The notes below the pieces were generated by a model that saw only the letters and a list, made by a program, of their open reading frames with translations, made no database searches and was not told the DNA's origin. A DNA stretch of 64,000 nucleotides. Source: an uncultured bacterium (GTDB lineage Bacteria; Krumholzibacteriota; Krumholzibacteriia; LZORAL124-64-63). The stretch lies in NCBI GenBank assembly GCA_963727525.1, contig CAVSGO010000008.1, positions 128,001 to 192,000 of the forward strand. Direction: 5' to 3'. Positions 54,094-63,512 of the stretch are shown here, in pieces. The translations under genes were made by a program, and so were the position numbers. How positions within the stretch are numbered: position 1 is the stretch's first letter; each line of letters begins with the position of its first letter.

Positions 54094-55539
54094 ATGACCA
54101 GCATGTCTCGCCCTCTGAGCCATTCACTCGCGATGACCCTCGCCATCGCGCTGTTCGCTTGCGCCGCGGTGTTCGCGGCATCCCCTACCCTCGCCGCCGA
54201 AATGCCCCCCGCGGACATCGCAGCCATGAGCCAGTCCGGCAGCGTCACGCCGCCGGTGGCCGTGGGCACCGCGTTCACCTACCAGGGCCGCCTGCTCATC
54301 TCGGGCGCGCCGGCCAATGGGCCCTATGATCTGCAGTTCCGCGTGATGGACGCCGCCGCCGGCGGTGGGCAACTTGGTTCCACCGTCGTCGTCGACAATG
54401 CTGCCGTCTCCGACGGCCGCTTCACGGTGCAGCTCAACGTGGGCCTCAACGTGTTCGGCGGCGGCGCACGCTGGCTCGAGATCAGCGTGCGACCGGGCGC
54501 CGGCGGCGCTTACACGCTGCTGTCGCCGCGCCAGGAACTGAAGCCGGCGCCCTACGCGCTGGCCATGCCCAACGTCTACACGACCGAGACGACCGGGTTC
54601 GTCGGCGTCGGCCGCTCGTTCCAGATTTCATCCGCCGAGTACTTCGGTGTTCATGCCCCCGTCGGTTCTGACCAGTACGGCGGCATGTATGTGAATTCCG
54701 AGAGTGCCGGCGGCTGGCCGTTCTATGGCTTCGCCACCGCAGGGACATTCCGTGCGTGGACCTACTTCGACGGCAACACCAGCATGTGGAAGCTCTACAA
54801 CGGCGGTGATCGCCTGATCGTGCCGGCCGGTGGAGGCCTCGAGATCACCAGCACGTCGACGACGGACGGGATCCGGATCAATGATACGCCCGACGACGGC
54901 GTCCAGATCGGCACGGGCTCGGTCGCGCCGAACTACGGTGTCTACATCCCCAGCCCGGGCGTGGCAACTATTTGCCTGCTCGTCTACACGGCGGATGCGA
55001 GTAATAATTACGCGCTCTATACTTCCGACAATATCGAGGCCGGCACGGTGACGCTCACCGCGCAAAAGGTCATTGTCCGTGTCGGGGATGGGGGCTCGGT
55101 GTCACGCGGTGATGTGGTCATGGCGTCCGGTTTCGACGACCCGATCGACGGGGGATCCGATCGCCTGGCCGTGGTGCAGCGCGCCGCTGGCGGCGTGGGC
55201 GGTGTGATCGGCGTCGTCGCCAGCCGCCTCGAGTGGCAGACCGCGCCCGGCAAGGAGGACGACGGCGTCCAGGTGCTCACGCCCGTCGACGGCCCGGCCC
55301 AGGCCGGCGATTACGTCGCCATGGTGACGCAGGGCGTGGCCGACGTGCACGTGCAGCGCGGCGCGTCCATCAGCAAGGGCACGCGGCTGACGGCGGGCGA
55401 TGCCGATGGTGCGGTGCGCCCCCTGCGCGTGGAATCGCTCAACGGCATGCCCGTGAGCGAGGGCGCGCCCGTGGTGGGCGTGGCTCTGGCCGACGCGAAC
55501 GGCCGCGACACGGTGCCGGTCTTCGTCAACATCCACTGA
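54094..55539 (+). CDS. Secreted fibre-like protein, paralog 1 (FTYQGRL N-domain)
   Basis: AAAGGAGG RBS; signal peptide; AFTYQGRL...DGRFTVQL...RWLEI...PRQEL.PAPYA; C-terminal GDVV..VIGVV..G..GVAL domain. Confidence 0.75.
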   Translation: MTSMSRPLSHSLAMTLAIALFACAAVFAASPTLAAEMPPADIAAMSQSGSVTPPVAVGTAFTYQGRLLISGAPANGPYDLQFRVMDAAAGGGQLGSTVVVDNAAVSDGRFTVQLNVGLNVFGGGARWLEISVRPGAGGAYTLLSPRQELKPAPYALAMPNVYTTETTGFVGVGRSFQISSAEYFGVHAPVGSDQYGGMYVNSESAGGWPFYGFATAGTFRAWTYFDGNTSMWKLYNGGDRLIVPAGGGLEITSTSTTDGIRINDTPDDGVQIGTGSVAPNYGVYIPSPGVATICLLVYTADASNNYALYTSDNIEAGTVTLTAQKVIVRVGDGGSVSRGDVVMASGFDDPIDGGSDRLAVVQRAAGGVGGVIGVVASRLEWQTAPGKEDDGVQVLTPVDGPAQAGDYVAMVTQGVADVHVQRGASISKGTRLTAGDADGAVRPLRVESLNGMPVSEGAPVVGVALADANGRDTVPVFVNIH

Positions 55540-55553
55540 GAGGAGGTGTGACC

Positions 55554-56108
55554 ATGAAGAGCATCCTGCTCGCACTGCTCGTGCTGGCGCTGGGCGCATC
55601 CGTCGCGCAGGCCCAGTCCGGCGGTCCTTACGATCTGAGCTGGTCCACCATCGATGGCGGCGGCGGTACGTCCAGCGGTGGTGTCTACTCGCTGAGCGGC
55701 ACCGCCGGCCAGCCCGACGCGGGCGTGCATACGGGCGGCGCCTATGCGTTGCAGGGCGGGTTCTGGTACAGCGGCCTGCTCGCCACCGGCGTGGGCGACG
55801 AGCCGCTGCCCGACGAGACCATGCTGCCGCTCGTGTATCGCCTGTACGACGCGGCGCCCAACCCGTTCAACCCGCGCACGCAGATCGCCTTCGATCTGCC
55901 GCGCACGGGCACGGTACGGCTGTGCGTGTATGACCTGCGCGGCATGCTCGTGCGCACGCTGGAGTCGGGCACGCTGCCGGCCGGACACCACGTCCGCACG
56001 TGGGACGGTGTTGACGACGGCGGGGCCACGGTGGCCAGCGGCACCTACATCATGACCATCGACGCGGGTGACTATCACGCGCGCAAGAAGGGTGTGTTGC
56101 TGAAGTAG
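55554..56108 (+). CDS. Small secreted YDLSWxTIDGGG protein fused to a FlgD-Ig C-terminal domain
   Basis: GAGGAGG RBS; signal peptide; YDLSWSTIDGGGGTSSGG.YSLSGTAGQPDAG...GGFW; PNPFNP...WDG tail. Confidence 0.8.
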   Translation: MKSILLALLVLALGASVAQAQSGGPYDLSWSTIDGGGGTSSGGVYSLSGTAGQPDAGVHTGGAYALQGGFWYSGLLATGVGDEPLPDETMLPLVYRLYDAAPNPFNPRTQIAFDLPRTGTVRLCVYDLRGMLVRTLESGTLPAGHHVRTWDGVDDGGATVASGTYIMTIDAGDYHARKKGVLLK

Positions 56109-56138
56109 CACGTCCGCATCGCAGCGATCCAGACCCAC

Positions 56139-56187
56139 GAACCTGGCGGCGCCGGGTGCCTTCCGACGCCGCCAGGTTCTCTTTCCT
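56139..56187 (+). terminator. Intrinsic terminator-like hairpin
   Basis: 13-bp stem GAACCTGGCGGCG/CGCCGCCAGGTTC followed by TCTTTCCT. Confidence 0.55.
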
Positions 56188-56222
56188 CGGCCATACCCAG
56201 GCCATGAACCTGGAGGAATTTC

Positions 56223-57632
56223 ATGTTCGCCCCCGAATTCAGACCTCACCCTCGCGCATTCGCGATCGCCGTGACGGTAGGCGCGATCGCAATGCTCGCA
56301 TCCCTGCCCGCGCTCGGCGGCGACATGATGCCCGTCGGTACCTCGGCGATGAGCCAGTCCGGCAGCGTCACACCGCCTGTGGCCATCGGTAGCGGGTTCA
56401 CCTACCAGGGCCGATTGCTCCTCTCGGGATCGCCGGCCGACGGGCCGTACGACGTGCAGTTCAAGCTGATGGACGCCGCTGCCGGTGGCTCGCAGTTCGG
56501 ATCCACGATCACCTTCGACAACGTGGCCGTGGCCGATGGCCGGTTCACGGTGCAGCTCGACTTTGGCACCAACGCTTTCTTCGGCGGCGGACGCTGGCTC
56601 GCCATCAGTGTGCGTCCGGGCGCGGGTGGTTCGTACACGGCGCTGACGCCGCGGCAGAAGCTCACACCGGCGCCGTACGCGATGGCCATGCCCAACGTCT
56701 ACACGAACGAGCCGAGCGGGTTCGTCGGAATCGGACGCTCGAGCCGGGTCTCTCTGAACGAGTTCTTCGGCGTGCAAGCGCCCTCGGGCGCCAGTTCCTA
56801 TGGCGGCATGTACGTCAACACGGAGTCCGCCGATGGCTGGCCGTTCTACGGCTACGCCTCGGGCGGAACGTACCACGCCTGGACCTATTACAATCCCGCG
56901 ACATCCGAGTGGCGTCTCGACAACGGGGGCACCCGCCTCATCGTCCGGGAGGGCGGCGGGCTCGAGATCGCGAATACGAGCTCGGGCGACGCCATCACCA
57001 TCAACCATACGGCGGATGACGGTGTGCAGATGGGCGACGGGACGAATTACCCGGATTACGGGATCTGGATCCCGGGGCCGGGAACCACGAATTTCTGCTT
57101 CCTGGTGTCCACGGCCGATCCGTCGAACAACTACGCTCTGTACACTCCGGACAACATCCACGCCGGCAACGTGACGTTCACCTCCGAGAAGGTGATCGCC
57201 AGGGTGGACAACGGGGCACCGCTTTCACCCGGAGACGTGGTCGTCGCTGCCGGAGTCGATACGCCCCTCGACGGCGGCGACCGGATCGTGCTGGTTCAGC
57301 GCGCCGGCCGCAGCGGCGGCGTCATCGGCGTGGTCGCCAGTCGCCTGGCGTGGCGCAAGCCGCCCGGTAAGGGCGACGCGGACGAGATGGTCCTCATGCC
57401 CGTGGACGGGACGGCCCATGCGGGAGACTACGTCACCCTCGTGACCCAGGGCGTCACCGACGTGCGCGTACCGCACGACGCCACGATCACGAAGGGCATC
57501 CGGGTGACCGCGCGTAGTGCTGACGGCGGCGTGCGGGCCCTCCAGGATGCGGAGACGGGGCCAGCGTTGGGCGTGGCGCTGGCCGACGCCCACGGGGGCG
57601 ACACGGTACCCGTCTTCGTGAGCCTGCACTGA
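56223..57632 (+). CDS. Secreted fibre-like protein, paralog 2
   Basis: GGAGG RBS; colinear with 54094-55539 (AMSQSGSVTPPVA...FTYQGRL...YGGMYVN...DTVPVFV). Confidence 0.78.
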   Translation: MFAPEFRPHPRAFAIAVTVGAIAMLASLPALGGDMMPVGTSAMSQSGSVTPPVAIGSGFTYQGRLLLSGSPADGPYDVQFKLMDAAAGGSQFGSTITFDNVAVADGRFTVQLDFGTNAFFGGGRWLAISVRPGAGGSYTALTPRQKLTPAPYAMAMPNVYTNEPSGFVGIGRSSRVSLNEFFGVQAPSGASSYGGMYVNTESADGWPFYGYASGGTYHAWTYYNPATSEWRLDNGGTRLIVREGGGLEIANTSSGDAITINHTADDGVQMGDGTNYPDYGIWIPGPGTTNFCFLVSTADPSNNYALYTPDNIHAGNVTFTSEKVIARVDNGAPLSPGDVVVAAGVDTPLDGGDRIVLVQRAGRSGGVIGVVASRLAWRKPPGKGDADEMVLMPVDGTAHAGDYVTLVTQGVTDVRVPHDATITKGIRVTARSADGGVRALQDAETGPALGVALADAHGGDTVPVFVSLH

Positions 57633-57638
57633 GAGCGC

Positions 57639-57675
57639 CCACGATGGCGCCGGCACCGCGCCGGCGCCATCGTGG
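57639..57675. terminator. Hairpin between convergent operons
   Basis: 16-bp perfect stem CCACGATGGCGCCGGC/GCCGGCGCCATCGTGG with a 5-nt loop. Confidence 0.62.
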
Positions 57676-57678
57676 CCA

Positions 57679-58860
57679 TCAAAACGAGTAGGTGAGGCGA
57701 GCGATCGCGATCTCGCCGTCGTCGCCGAACTCGGTACCCGGCTCCCCACCGAAGATCAGTCCCATGGCCGTTCCCTCGAGATTCGCCGCGATCGACCAGG
57801 TCACCGCGGGGCCCAGGTACCACGAACCGTCATCCGGATTGACGATGCCGACGAGGTCGGCATGCACCAGCGGGCTCAGGTTGTGGGCCGCCTCCGCGAG
57901 GAGGGACAGGCGCGCGGGACTCGGCCACTGCCGGGCGTACGCGGCGAGGAGCCGGAGGCCGCCGGCGGGCCCGGTGGTGCCGGCCGTGTTCAGCAGGATC
58001 GCGCCGTGCAGGTAGAGGGAGCTGCGGAACGTGTAGTCGCCATCGAGAGTCCCGAGAACGTAGGTCTCGTCGCCACCGACTGCCCCGATCTCGCTTCCCT
58101 GGCGCGGCATCGCCACGAGCATCTCGCCGCGGAAGCCGCCGCCACCGATGCTGCCGGCCCAGGCGGCCCCCAGCACGGTCTCCGGACCGCGCCGACCGCC
58201 GATCACGATCCAGTCGTACTGCCACCGGCTGAGGCGCAGTTCGACCGCGCCGGTCGCCGCGTCGGCATGGCGGGATGGAGCCACGGCCACGTCGACCTTG
58301 GAACGCGGCCCGAGATAGATCTGGGCACGGGCCGCATCGGTGCCCGGCTTCTCGATGTTGTCGAAGTCGAGCGGACTCGCCGGGTTGAAGATGTCGATGG
58401 GATTCCACGCGAGGGCGGTGCCCCAGGCCACGCGCTGGCGCCCGAGAGTGGCCTGAACGGGCCCGGCGTTCGCGATCGCCCAGGCGCGGTCGACGGCGCC
58501 GATAAGGACGATGCGGTCGTGGTCGATGATGCGATGCGTGCCATCGAAATAGGTGCGGTTGCTGCCGAGTCGATCGCTCTGTGCAAGCAGGCTCGCGATG
58601 CCATCACCCACGAACAGCCGCGTCTTCACGTCCAGGCCGGCGGTGATGGCGCTACTGGCGTACCAGCGGAGATTCTCGCGCGTGTGGACCAGGTTCGTGA
58701 ACGCCTCCGAGGTCGGCGCGGTGGTGAGCGCGGGCGGCTGCCACCAGAGGGGCGACTCCCGCACGTATCCGCTCAGGGCGACGTCGTCACGCCATCCGGC
58801 GTGGGCGCTGCCGACGAGGACGGCCGCCAGTACCGCGACCGCACACGCGGCCCTACGCAT
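57679..58860 (-). CDS. Outer-membrane beta-barrel protein linked to the ABC system
   Basis: Signal peptide; GRQRVAWG...WNPIDIFNP...EKPG.DA; C-terminal LTYSF. Confidence 0.75.
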   Translation of the reverse strand: MRRAACAVAVLAAVLVGSAHAGWRDDVALSGYVRESPLWWQPPALTTAPTSEAFTNLVHTRENLRWYASSAITAGLDVKTRLFVGDGIASLLAQSDRLGSNRTYFDGTHRIIDHDRIVLIGAVDRAWAIANAGPVQATLGRQRVAWGTALAWNPIDIFNPASPLDFDNIEKPGTDAARAQIYLGPRSKVDVAVAPSRHADAATGAVELRLSRWQYDWIVIGGRRGPETVLGAAWAGSIGGGGFRGEMLVAMPRQGSEIGAVGGDETYVLGTLDGDYTFRSSLYLHGAILLNTAGTTGPAGGLRLLAAYARQWPSPARLSLLAEAAHNLSPLVHADLVGIVNPDDGSWYLGPAVTWSIAANLEGTAMGLIFGGEPGTEFGDDGEIAIARLTYSF

Positions 58861-59536
58861 CGGCGTCCGGGACAACGCGCCCGTCGCGCAGCGTGACGAC
58901 CCGCCGGGCGCGCCGCATCACGCGGGGATCGTGCGTGGAGAAGACGAAGGTCATGTCGTGGTCCCGGTTGAGCCGCTCCATGATGTCGAGCAGCGATTCC
59001 GCGGATGCCGTGTCCAGATTCGCCGTGGGTTCGTCCGCCAGCACGAACGCCGGCGTGGACGCGAGGGCCCGCGCCACCGCGACGCGTTGCTGCTGCCCTC
59101 CCGACAGCTCGTGGGGACGCCGGTCCATCTGTGCCTCGAGCCCGACGGCGGCGAGCAATTCCTCGGCACGGGCGCGTCGCTCCCGTGTCGGCACGTGCTG
59201 CAGCAGCATGATGAACTCCACGTTCTCCCTGGCCGTGAACACGGGGATCAGATTGTAAGCCTGGAAGACGAAGCCGATATGGTGCAGTCGGAAGGCGACG
59301 AGATCCCCGGACGCCTTGCCACCGATGTCCTCGCCGGCGATCGTCACGCGCCCGGCGGTCGGGGAGTCGAGTCCGCCGATCAGGTTCAGGAGCGTCGTCT
59401 TCCCCGATCCCGACGGCCCGACGATGGCCGTGAACTCCGCCTTCGCGATGCTCAGTGTCACATCGTCGACGGCCGTGACGGGCACACCGTGGTCCCGGTA
59501 GGTTCGAGTCAGGTTCTCGGTCTGGATCACGACCAT
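58853..59536 (-). CDS. ABC transporter ATP-binding protein (LolD/MacB-like)
   Basis: GPSGSGKT, LSGGQQQRVA, LADEPT. Confidence 0.95.
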   Translation of the reverse strand: MVVIQTENLTRTYRDHGVPVTAVDDVTLSIAKAEFTAIVGPSGSGKTTLLNLIGGLDSPTAGRVTIAGEDIGGKASGDLVAFRLHHIGFVFQAYNLIPVFTARENVEFIMLLQHVPTRERRARAEELLAAVGLEAQMDRRPHELSGGQQQRVAVARALASTPAFVLADEPTANLDTASAESLLDIMERLNRDHDMTFVFSTHDPRVMRRARRVVTLRDGRVVPDADA

Positions 59537-59552
59537 GACATTCGCCTTCGCT

Positions 59553-60767
59553 TCACGGGTTACGAATGGCCTGTGCCGGCACGATGCGAATGGCCTTCAG
59601 GCCCGGGTAGATCGCAGCGAGGATCGCCGTGACCACGATGAGCGCGACCACGAGGGGGTACTCGGTTGGCGCCAGGCGCGGATAGATCCGGGAACTCAGG
59701 CCGAATGCCGCCAGCCCCTGGCTGAACAGGGAGAGGTCGAGCCCGGTGCGGCCGAGCCACGCGATGGTGAGGGCTCCGAGACCGCTGCCGACAATGCCAC
59801 CCGCTATCGAGAGGATGATCGTCTCCAGCACGATCATGACGAAGAGGGGACCGTGCCGCATGCCGAGGGCACGGATCACACCGAATTCATGCCGGCGCTC
59901 GATCACGGCCATGAGCATGGTGTTGGTCATGCCGAACACCAGAGCGGCCAGGATGATGGCCATGAAGATGTGGTTCATCTGCCCCGTGGAATCCTGGGTG
60001 AGGGCGATCTCGGGCGCCAGCTCGCGCCAGGTCGCGACGTCCAGCTGTGGGTACCGCGTGCGCAGGTCGCTCGCGACGTGGTCGAGATCGCCATCGTCCG
60101 CGACGACGATGGCGATCTCGTGCACGCCGCCTCCGAGGCCGAAGGCGCGGCCGACATCGGGACGTCGGGCGAACACGGTCGTCTCGTCGAAGACCGAGTT
60201 CGCGGTCACGAACTCGCCCACGATACGAAAAGCCGCCGAACCGATCGAGCCATCCGCCGCCTGGCCAGTCACCACGATCTTGTTGTGCAGCGTCACGCCG
60301 AGCTTCTTGGCCAGTGCCTTGCCGATGACGCACGGATTGCGCGTCTCGTCCCCGAAATAGCGTCCGGCGACGAGATGTCGGGACAGGTCCGTGACCGCGC
60401 GTTCCGCGGTGGGATCGATACCTTCGAGCGACACGCCGCGCGCCGTCGTGGCCGACGCCACCATGCCGGTGACGATGGCGCGATCGCAGGCGCTCTTCAC
60501 CGCGGGGAGCGCACGGGCCACGGCGAGCACGGCATCGCCGTGCGGGATGACATCGGCGACGTCGTGGTGCTCGCGAAAGCCCGCCGCGTGGATCTGCAGA
60601 TCGCTCGTGCGGGTCGCGATGGCCGCGGCGACCTGCTGCGCCGCCATGCCGTTCATCAGACCGACGACGAGTTCGCCCGACCAGATCGCGAAGGCGATCG
60701 TGGCGATGAGGATGCCGCTTCGCTTACCGTTGCGCCAGACGTTGCGCCAGGCCAGTGTTGCGATCAT
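59553..60767 (-). CDS. ABC transporter permease (FtsX/LolE-like)
   Basis: LAWRNVWRN, NTMLMAVIERRHEFG, large periplasmic loop. Confidence 0.9.
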   Translation of the reverse strand: MIATLAWRNVWRNGKRSGILIATIAFAIWSGELVVGLMNGMAAQQVAAAIATRTSDLQIHAAGFREHHDVADVIPHGDAVLAVARALPAVKSACDRAIVTGMVASATTARGVSLEGIDPTAERAVTDLSRHLVAGRYFGDETRNPCVIGKALAKKLGVTLHNKIVVTGQAADGSIGSAAFRIVGEFVTANSVFDETTVFARRPDVGRAFGLGGGVHEIAIVVADDGDLDHVASDLRTRYPQLDVATWRELAPEIALTQDSTGQMNHIFMAIILAALVFGMTNTMLMAVIERRHEFGVIRALGMRHGPLFVMIVLETIILSIAGGIVGSGLGALTIAWLGRTGLDLSLFSQGLAAFGLSSRIYPRLAPTEYPLVVALIVVTAILAAIYPGLKAIRIVPAQAIRNP

Positions 60768-61981
60768 CGCCTGGCCTCCACGACGTTCAGCCGCGACACG
60801 CGCACCAGCGGATACGCCGCCGTCGCGAGTGCGATGGCCAGGACCGTCACCGTCTGCCAGATGAAGATGGCCGGGTCGAGGGAGAACGGGAAGATGGGTT
60901 CGAATCCGTAGTTGAGCAGGGCCGTGGCCGCCTGTCCCGTCATGTGCAGCGGGTGGTGGTGAAAATAGACAAGCAGGGGAATGCTGATCAGCATGCCGGA
61001 CATGGCGCCCGCGAAAGAGAGCAGGACGCTCTCGAGCACGACCATCAGGCTTAGCCGCCCACGGCTCATCCCGACGGCGAGCAGCATGCCGAACTCCCGC
61101 GTTCGCTCCACCGTCATCATGAGCACCGTGCCGAGCAGGCCGAAGCCGACGATCGTGTAGACGAGCAGCAGCATCACCTCGCCGCTGGCGTTGTCCAGAT
61201 CTATGTACTGCACCATGTCCGGGAGCATGGTCTCCCAGGTGACGACCTCAAACGCCGACCCGAGACCGCCCTGCAACCGGCTCGCAACGGCCGTCAGGGC
61301 GCGCGGGCCGGAGAGCATCACCACGAGCGAGGTCGCGCGATCCGCCGCCCCGAAGAGCCACTGCGCCCGTGGCAGCGCGATGTATGCGATGCCGGCGTTC
61401 AGCTCGGGCGTGGGGAAGTGCAGGGTGCCGGCGATGGGGAAACGCCCCGCCGCGGTGATGCCGTGGTAGCCCGATCCGAGCACGACCACCGTGTCGCCCA
61501 CTGCGAGACCCAGATGCGTCGCCAGGCCTTCGGCGAGCAGAATGCCGTCATCGTCGGGTGTGAGGTAGCGCCCGGCGACGATCTTGTCCTTCAGGCTCGT
61601 GAGGCGATTCTCCCGCGCCGGATCGATCCCCACGATCTGTGTGGCATCCGTCGTCGCGCCGGACGACAGGAGTGCGAACGCCTCGAGTCGCGGCGCGCTG
61701 AACGTGACGCCCGGTACGATCTCGACAACACCGGACAGCGAATCTGGATGCACGAAACTCAGGTCGAGGCTCTGCTTGTCCTGATAGCCGGTCGCGTGGA
61801 TCTGCAGGTAACCTGTGTAGACCGACACGACGTTGGCGATGGCGCGAGCATAGAAGCCGAGTTGCAGCGAGCGCATCGACACGGCCGTGATCACGGCGAA
61901 GACGACAGCTGCTATCGAGATGACGCTGCGCCGACGATTACGCCACAGGTTGCGCCAGGCGAGCCGCAGGTACAGCCGCAT
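60764..61981 (-). CDS. ABC transporter permease (FtsX/LolE-like)
   Basis: LAWRNLWRNRRRS, LMMTVERTREFGML.AVGM. Confidence 0.9.
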   Translation of the reverse strand: MRLYLRLAWRNLWRNRRRSVISIAAVVFAVITAVSMRSLQLGFYARAIANVVSVYTGYLQIHATGYQDKQSLDLSFVHPDSLSGVVEIVPGVTFSAPRLEAFALLSSGATTDATQIVGIDPARENRLTSLKDKIVAGRYLTPDDDGILLAEGLATHLGLAVGDTVVVLGSGYHGITAAGRFPIAGTLHFPTPELNAGIAYIALPRAQWLFGAADRATSLVVMLSGPRALTAVASRLQGGLGSAFEVVTWETMLPDMVQYIDLDNASGEVMLLLVYTIVGFGLLGTVLMMTVERTREFGMLLAVGMSRGRLSLMVVLESVLLSFAGAMSGMLISIPLLVYFHHHPLHMTGQAATALLNYGFEPIFPFSLDPAIFIWQTVTVLAIALATAAYPLVRVSRLNVVEARR

Positions 61982-62742
61982 CAGTGCACTCGCTTCATGT
62001 TTTGCTGGCTGAAGAAGCTGTCGTCCAGGGTCTGGTTCCACCAGGCGTCGGCGTAGGTCAACACCGTCCTGTGACCTGGCTTGTCCTTCGGGATCACCGT
62101 CAGAACGGTGGGGATCACGCGTTCGCCGAGCGTCTTGATCGCGGACATCTGCATCTCGTTGACGAGTGATCCGTCCTCGTCGAAGTAGCGGGCCAGCAGC
62201 TCGAGGTCGTCCTTCTTATCCACGTAGAGATCGACCTTGCCCCACACGACCGCCGCATCCGGGTGGGGAATCATCCGTATCTTCCAGCAGGCACGATCGG
62301 CGATGGTCGTGTCGCCGACCACGGAGTGGCTGTAGTCGGTGACGATCGACGCTTCCTTCACCAGGTCGTCGTTGGTGAAATCCGAGCCCATCCAGGCCTG
62401 CGACATCATCGACGGCGGGATCTTGATGACCCGTTCCACGCTCGGGATCCAGTTCCATACCTCGTGACCGAGCTTGAGGAAGGTCGTGCCCCGGTCGCGC
62501 GACGGCGATGTGACGAGAATGAGCGCCTCGTCGTCGCCCTTGCTCCAGGTGCGTAGCGTCATCTCGCGCGACCAGGTCGGACGGATGAGGGTCATCGTGT
62601 ATTCGGCGTAGCTCGTGTTCCCGCGCAGGTGCTGGTCGGCCCGCTTCACGATGGCGTCGGCGTCCATGGACCGGGCCTCCCGTGGTGCGGCCAGCGCGAG
62701 CAGTACGAGACCCAGGACGAGTGATCCATGCCGATGTCGCAT
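61981..62742 (-). CDS. LolA-like outer membrane lipoprotein-sorting protein
   Basis: Signal peptide; GTTFLK...WNWIP...KIPPSMM.Q.WMGSDFTNDDL. Confidence 0.88.
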   Translation of the reverse strand: MRHRHGSLVLGLVLLALAAPREARSMDADAIVKRADQHLRGNTSYAEYTMTLIRPTWSREMTLRTWSKGDDEALILVTSPSRDRGTTFLKLGHEVWNWIPSVERVIKIPPSMMSQAWMGSDFTNDDLVKEASIVTDYSHSVVGDTTIADRACWKIRMIPHPDAAVVWGKVDLYVDKKDDLELLARYFDEDGSLVNEMQMSAIKTLGERVIPTVLTVIPKDKPGHRTVLTYADAWWNQTLDDSFFSQQNMKRVH

Positions 62743-62753
62743 CCCATCTCTCC

Positions 62754-63359
62754 TCAGCGTGGCGTGGCGCCAGCGAGCAAGGCGTGCAGGAGGTAGTCGC
62801 GCACCTCGCGAGCCGCGGCCGGGTCGTCGAATGGCCCCGGACCCGGCCGATAGGCCGGGTGCAGGTAGTAGGCGTTGTCGAGCACCGAGTACGTGAGCCA
62901 GGTGGCCAGCTCGGCGTCGAGCGGTCGGAAGGTGCCGGCGCGGATACCCGCCTCGATGATCGCCTGGAGCACCGCGACGAGCGGGGCGAAGGGAAGATCC
63001 TTCGCGTGGGCGCTGAACGACGTCAGCAACTCGGCGTCCTGCATCAGGATCCGGAAGATCGGATGTTCGCGTCCGAGGCCGACGTAGGCGTCCAGGAACA
63101 CGTCAAACCGCGCGACGGCTCCCATGTCCGGGCGCGCGCCGTCGTGGACACGGATGACGATCTCGCCGGAATGGTGGAGAAGGAGCCGTCGCGCGAGGTC
63201 GACCTTGTCGGCGAAGAGCTCGTAGAAGGTGCGTTTCGATGCGCCCACGGCCCGGCAGATCTCCTCGACCGTCGTCTTGCGGAGTCCAAATCGCTCGAAC
63301 AGCGGCTCCGCAGCGGCGAAGAAGGCCAGGCGCCTGGTGTCGATATCGGAGGCCGCCAC
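62754..63359 (-). CDS. TetR/AcrR family regulator
   Basis: GTG start after GAAAGGG; AEPLFERFGLRKTTVEEIC.AVGASKRTFYELF.DK HTH. Confidence 0.9.
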   Translation of the reverse strand: MAASDIDTRRLAFFAAAEPLFERFGLRKTTVEEICRAVGASKRTFYELFADKVDLARRLLLHHSGEIVIRVHDGARPDMGAVARFDVFLDAYVGLGREHPIFRILMQDAELLTSFSAHAKDLPFAPLVAVLQAIIEAGIRAGTFRPLDAELATWLTYSVLDNAYYLHPAYRPGPGPFDDPAAAREVRDYLLHALLAGATPR

Positions 63360-63512
63360 GGGTGCCCTTTCGGGTGGTTGGATTGGAAGAAACGATAAAA
63401 CGAATATAGTATAATCGTTCCAAGGCGCAACAGTTCTGATGTGCCACGAAGAATGTTGACGGGTCCAGCGCTTGCCTGGGCCCGTCTTCATGAACACCAA
63501 AACCCTCACTTC

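Noticed and set aside
63391-63419. AACGAT...ATCGTT inverted repeat upstream of tetR
   Set aside because: It is a plausible autoregulatory operator, but the arms are only 6 bp and the arrangement is ordinary.
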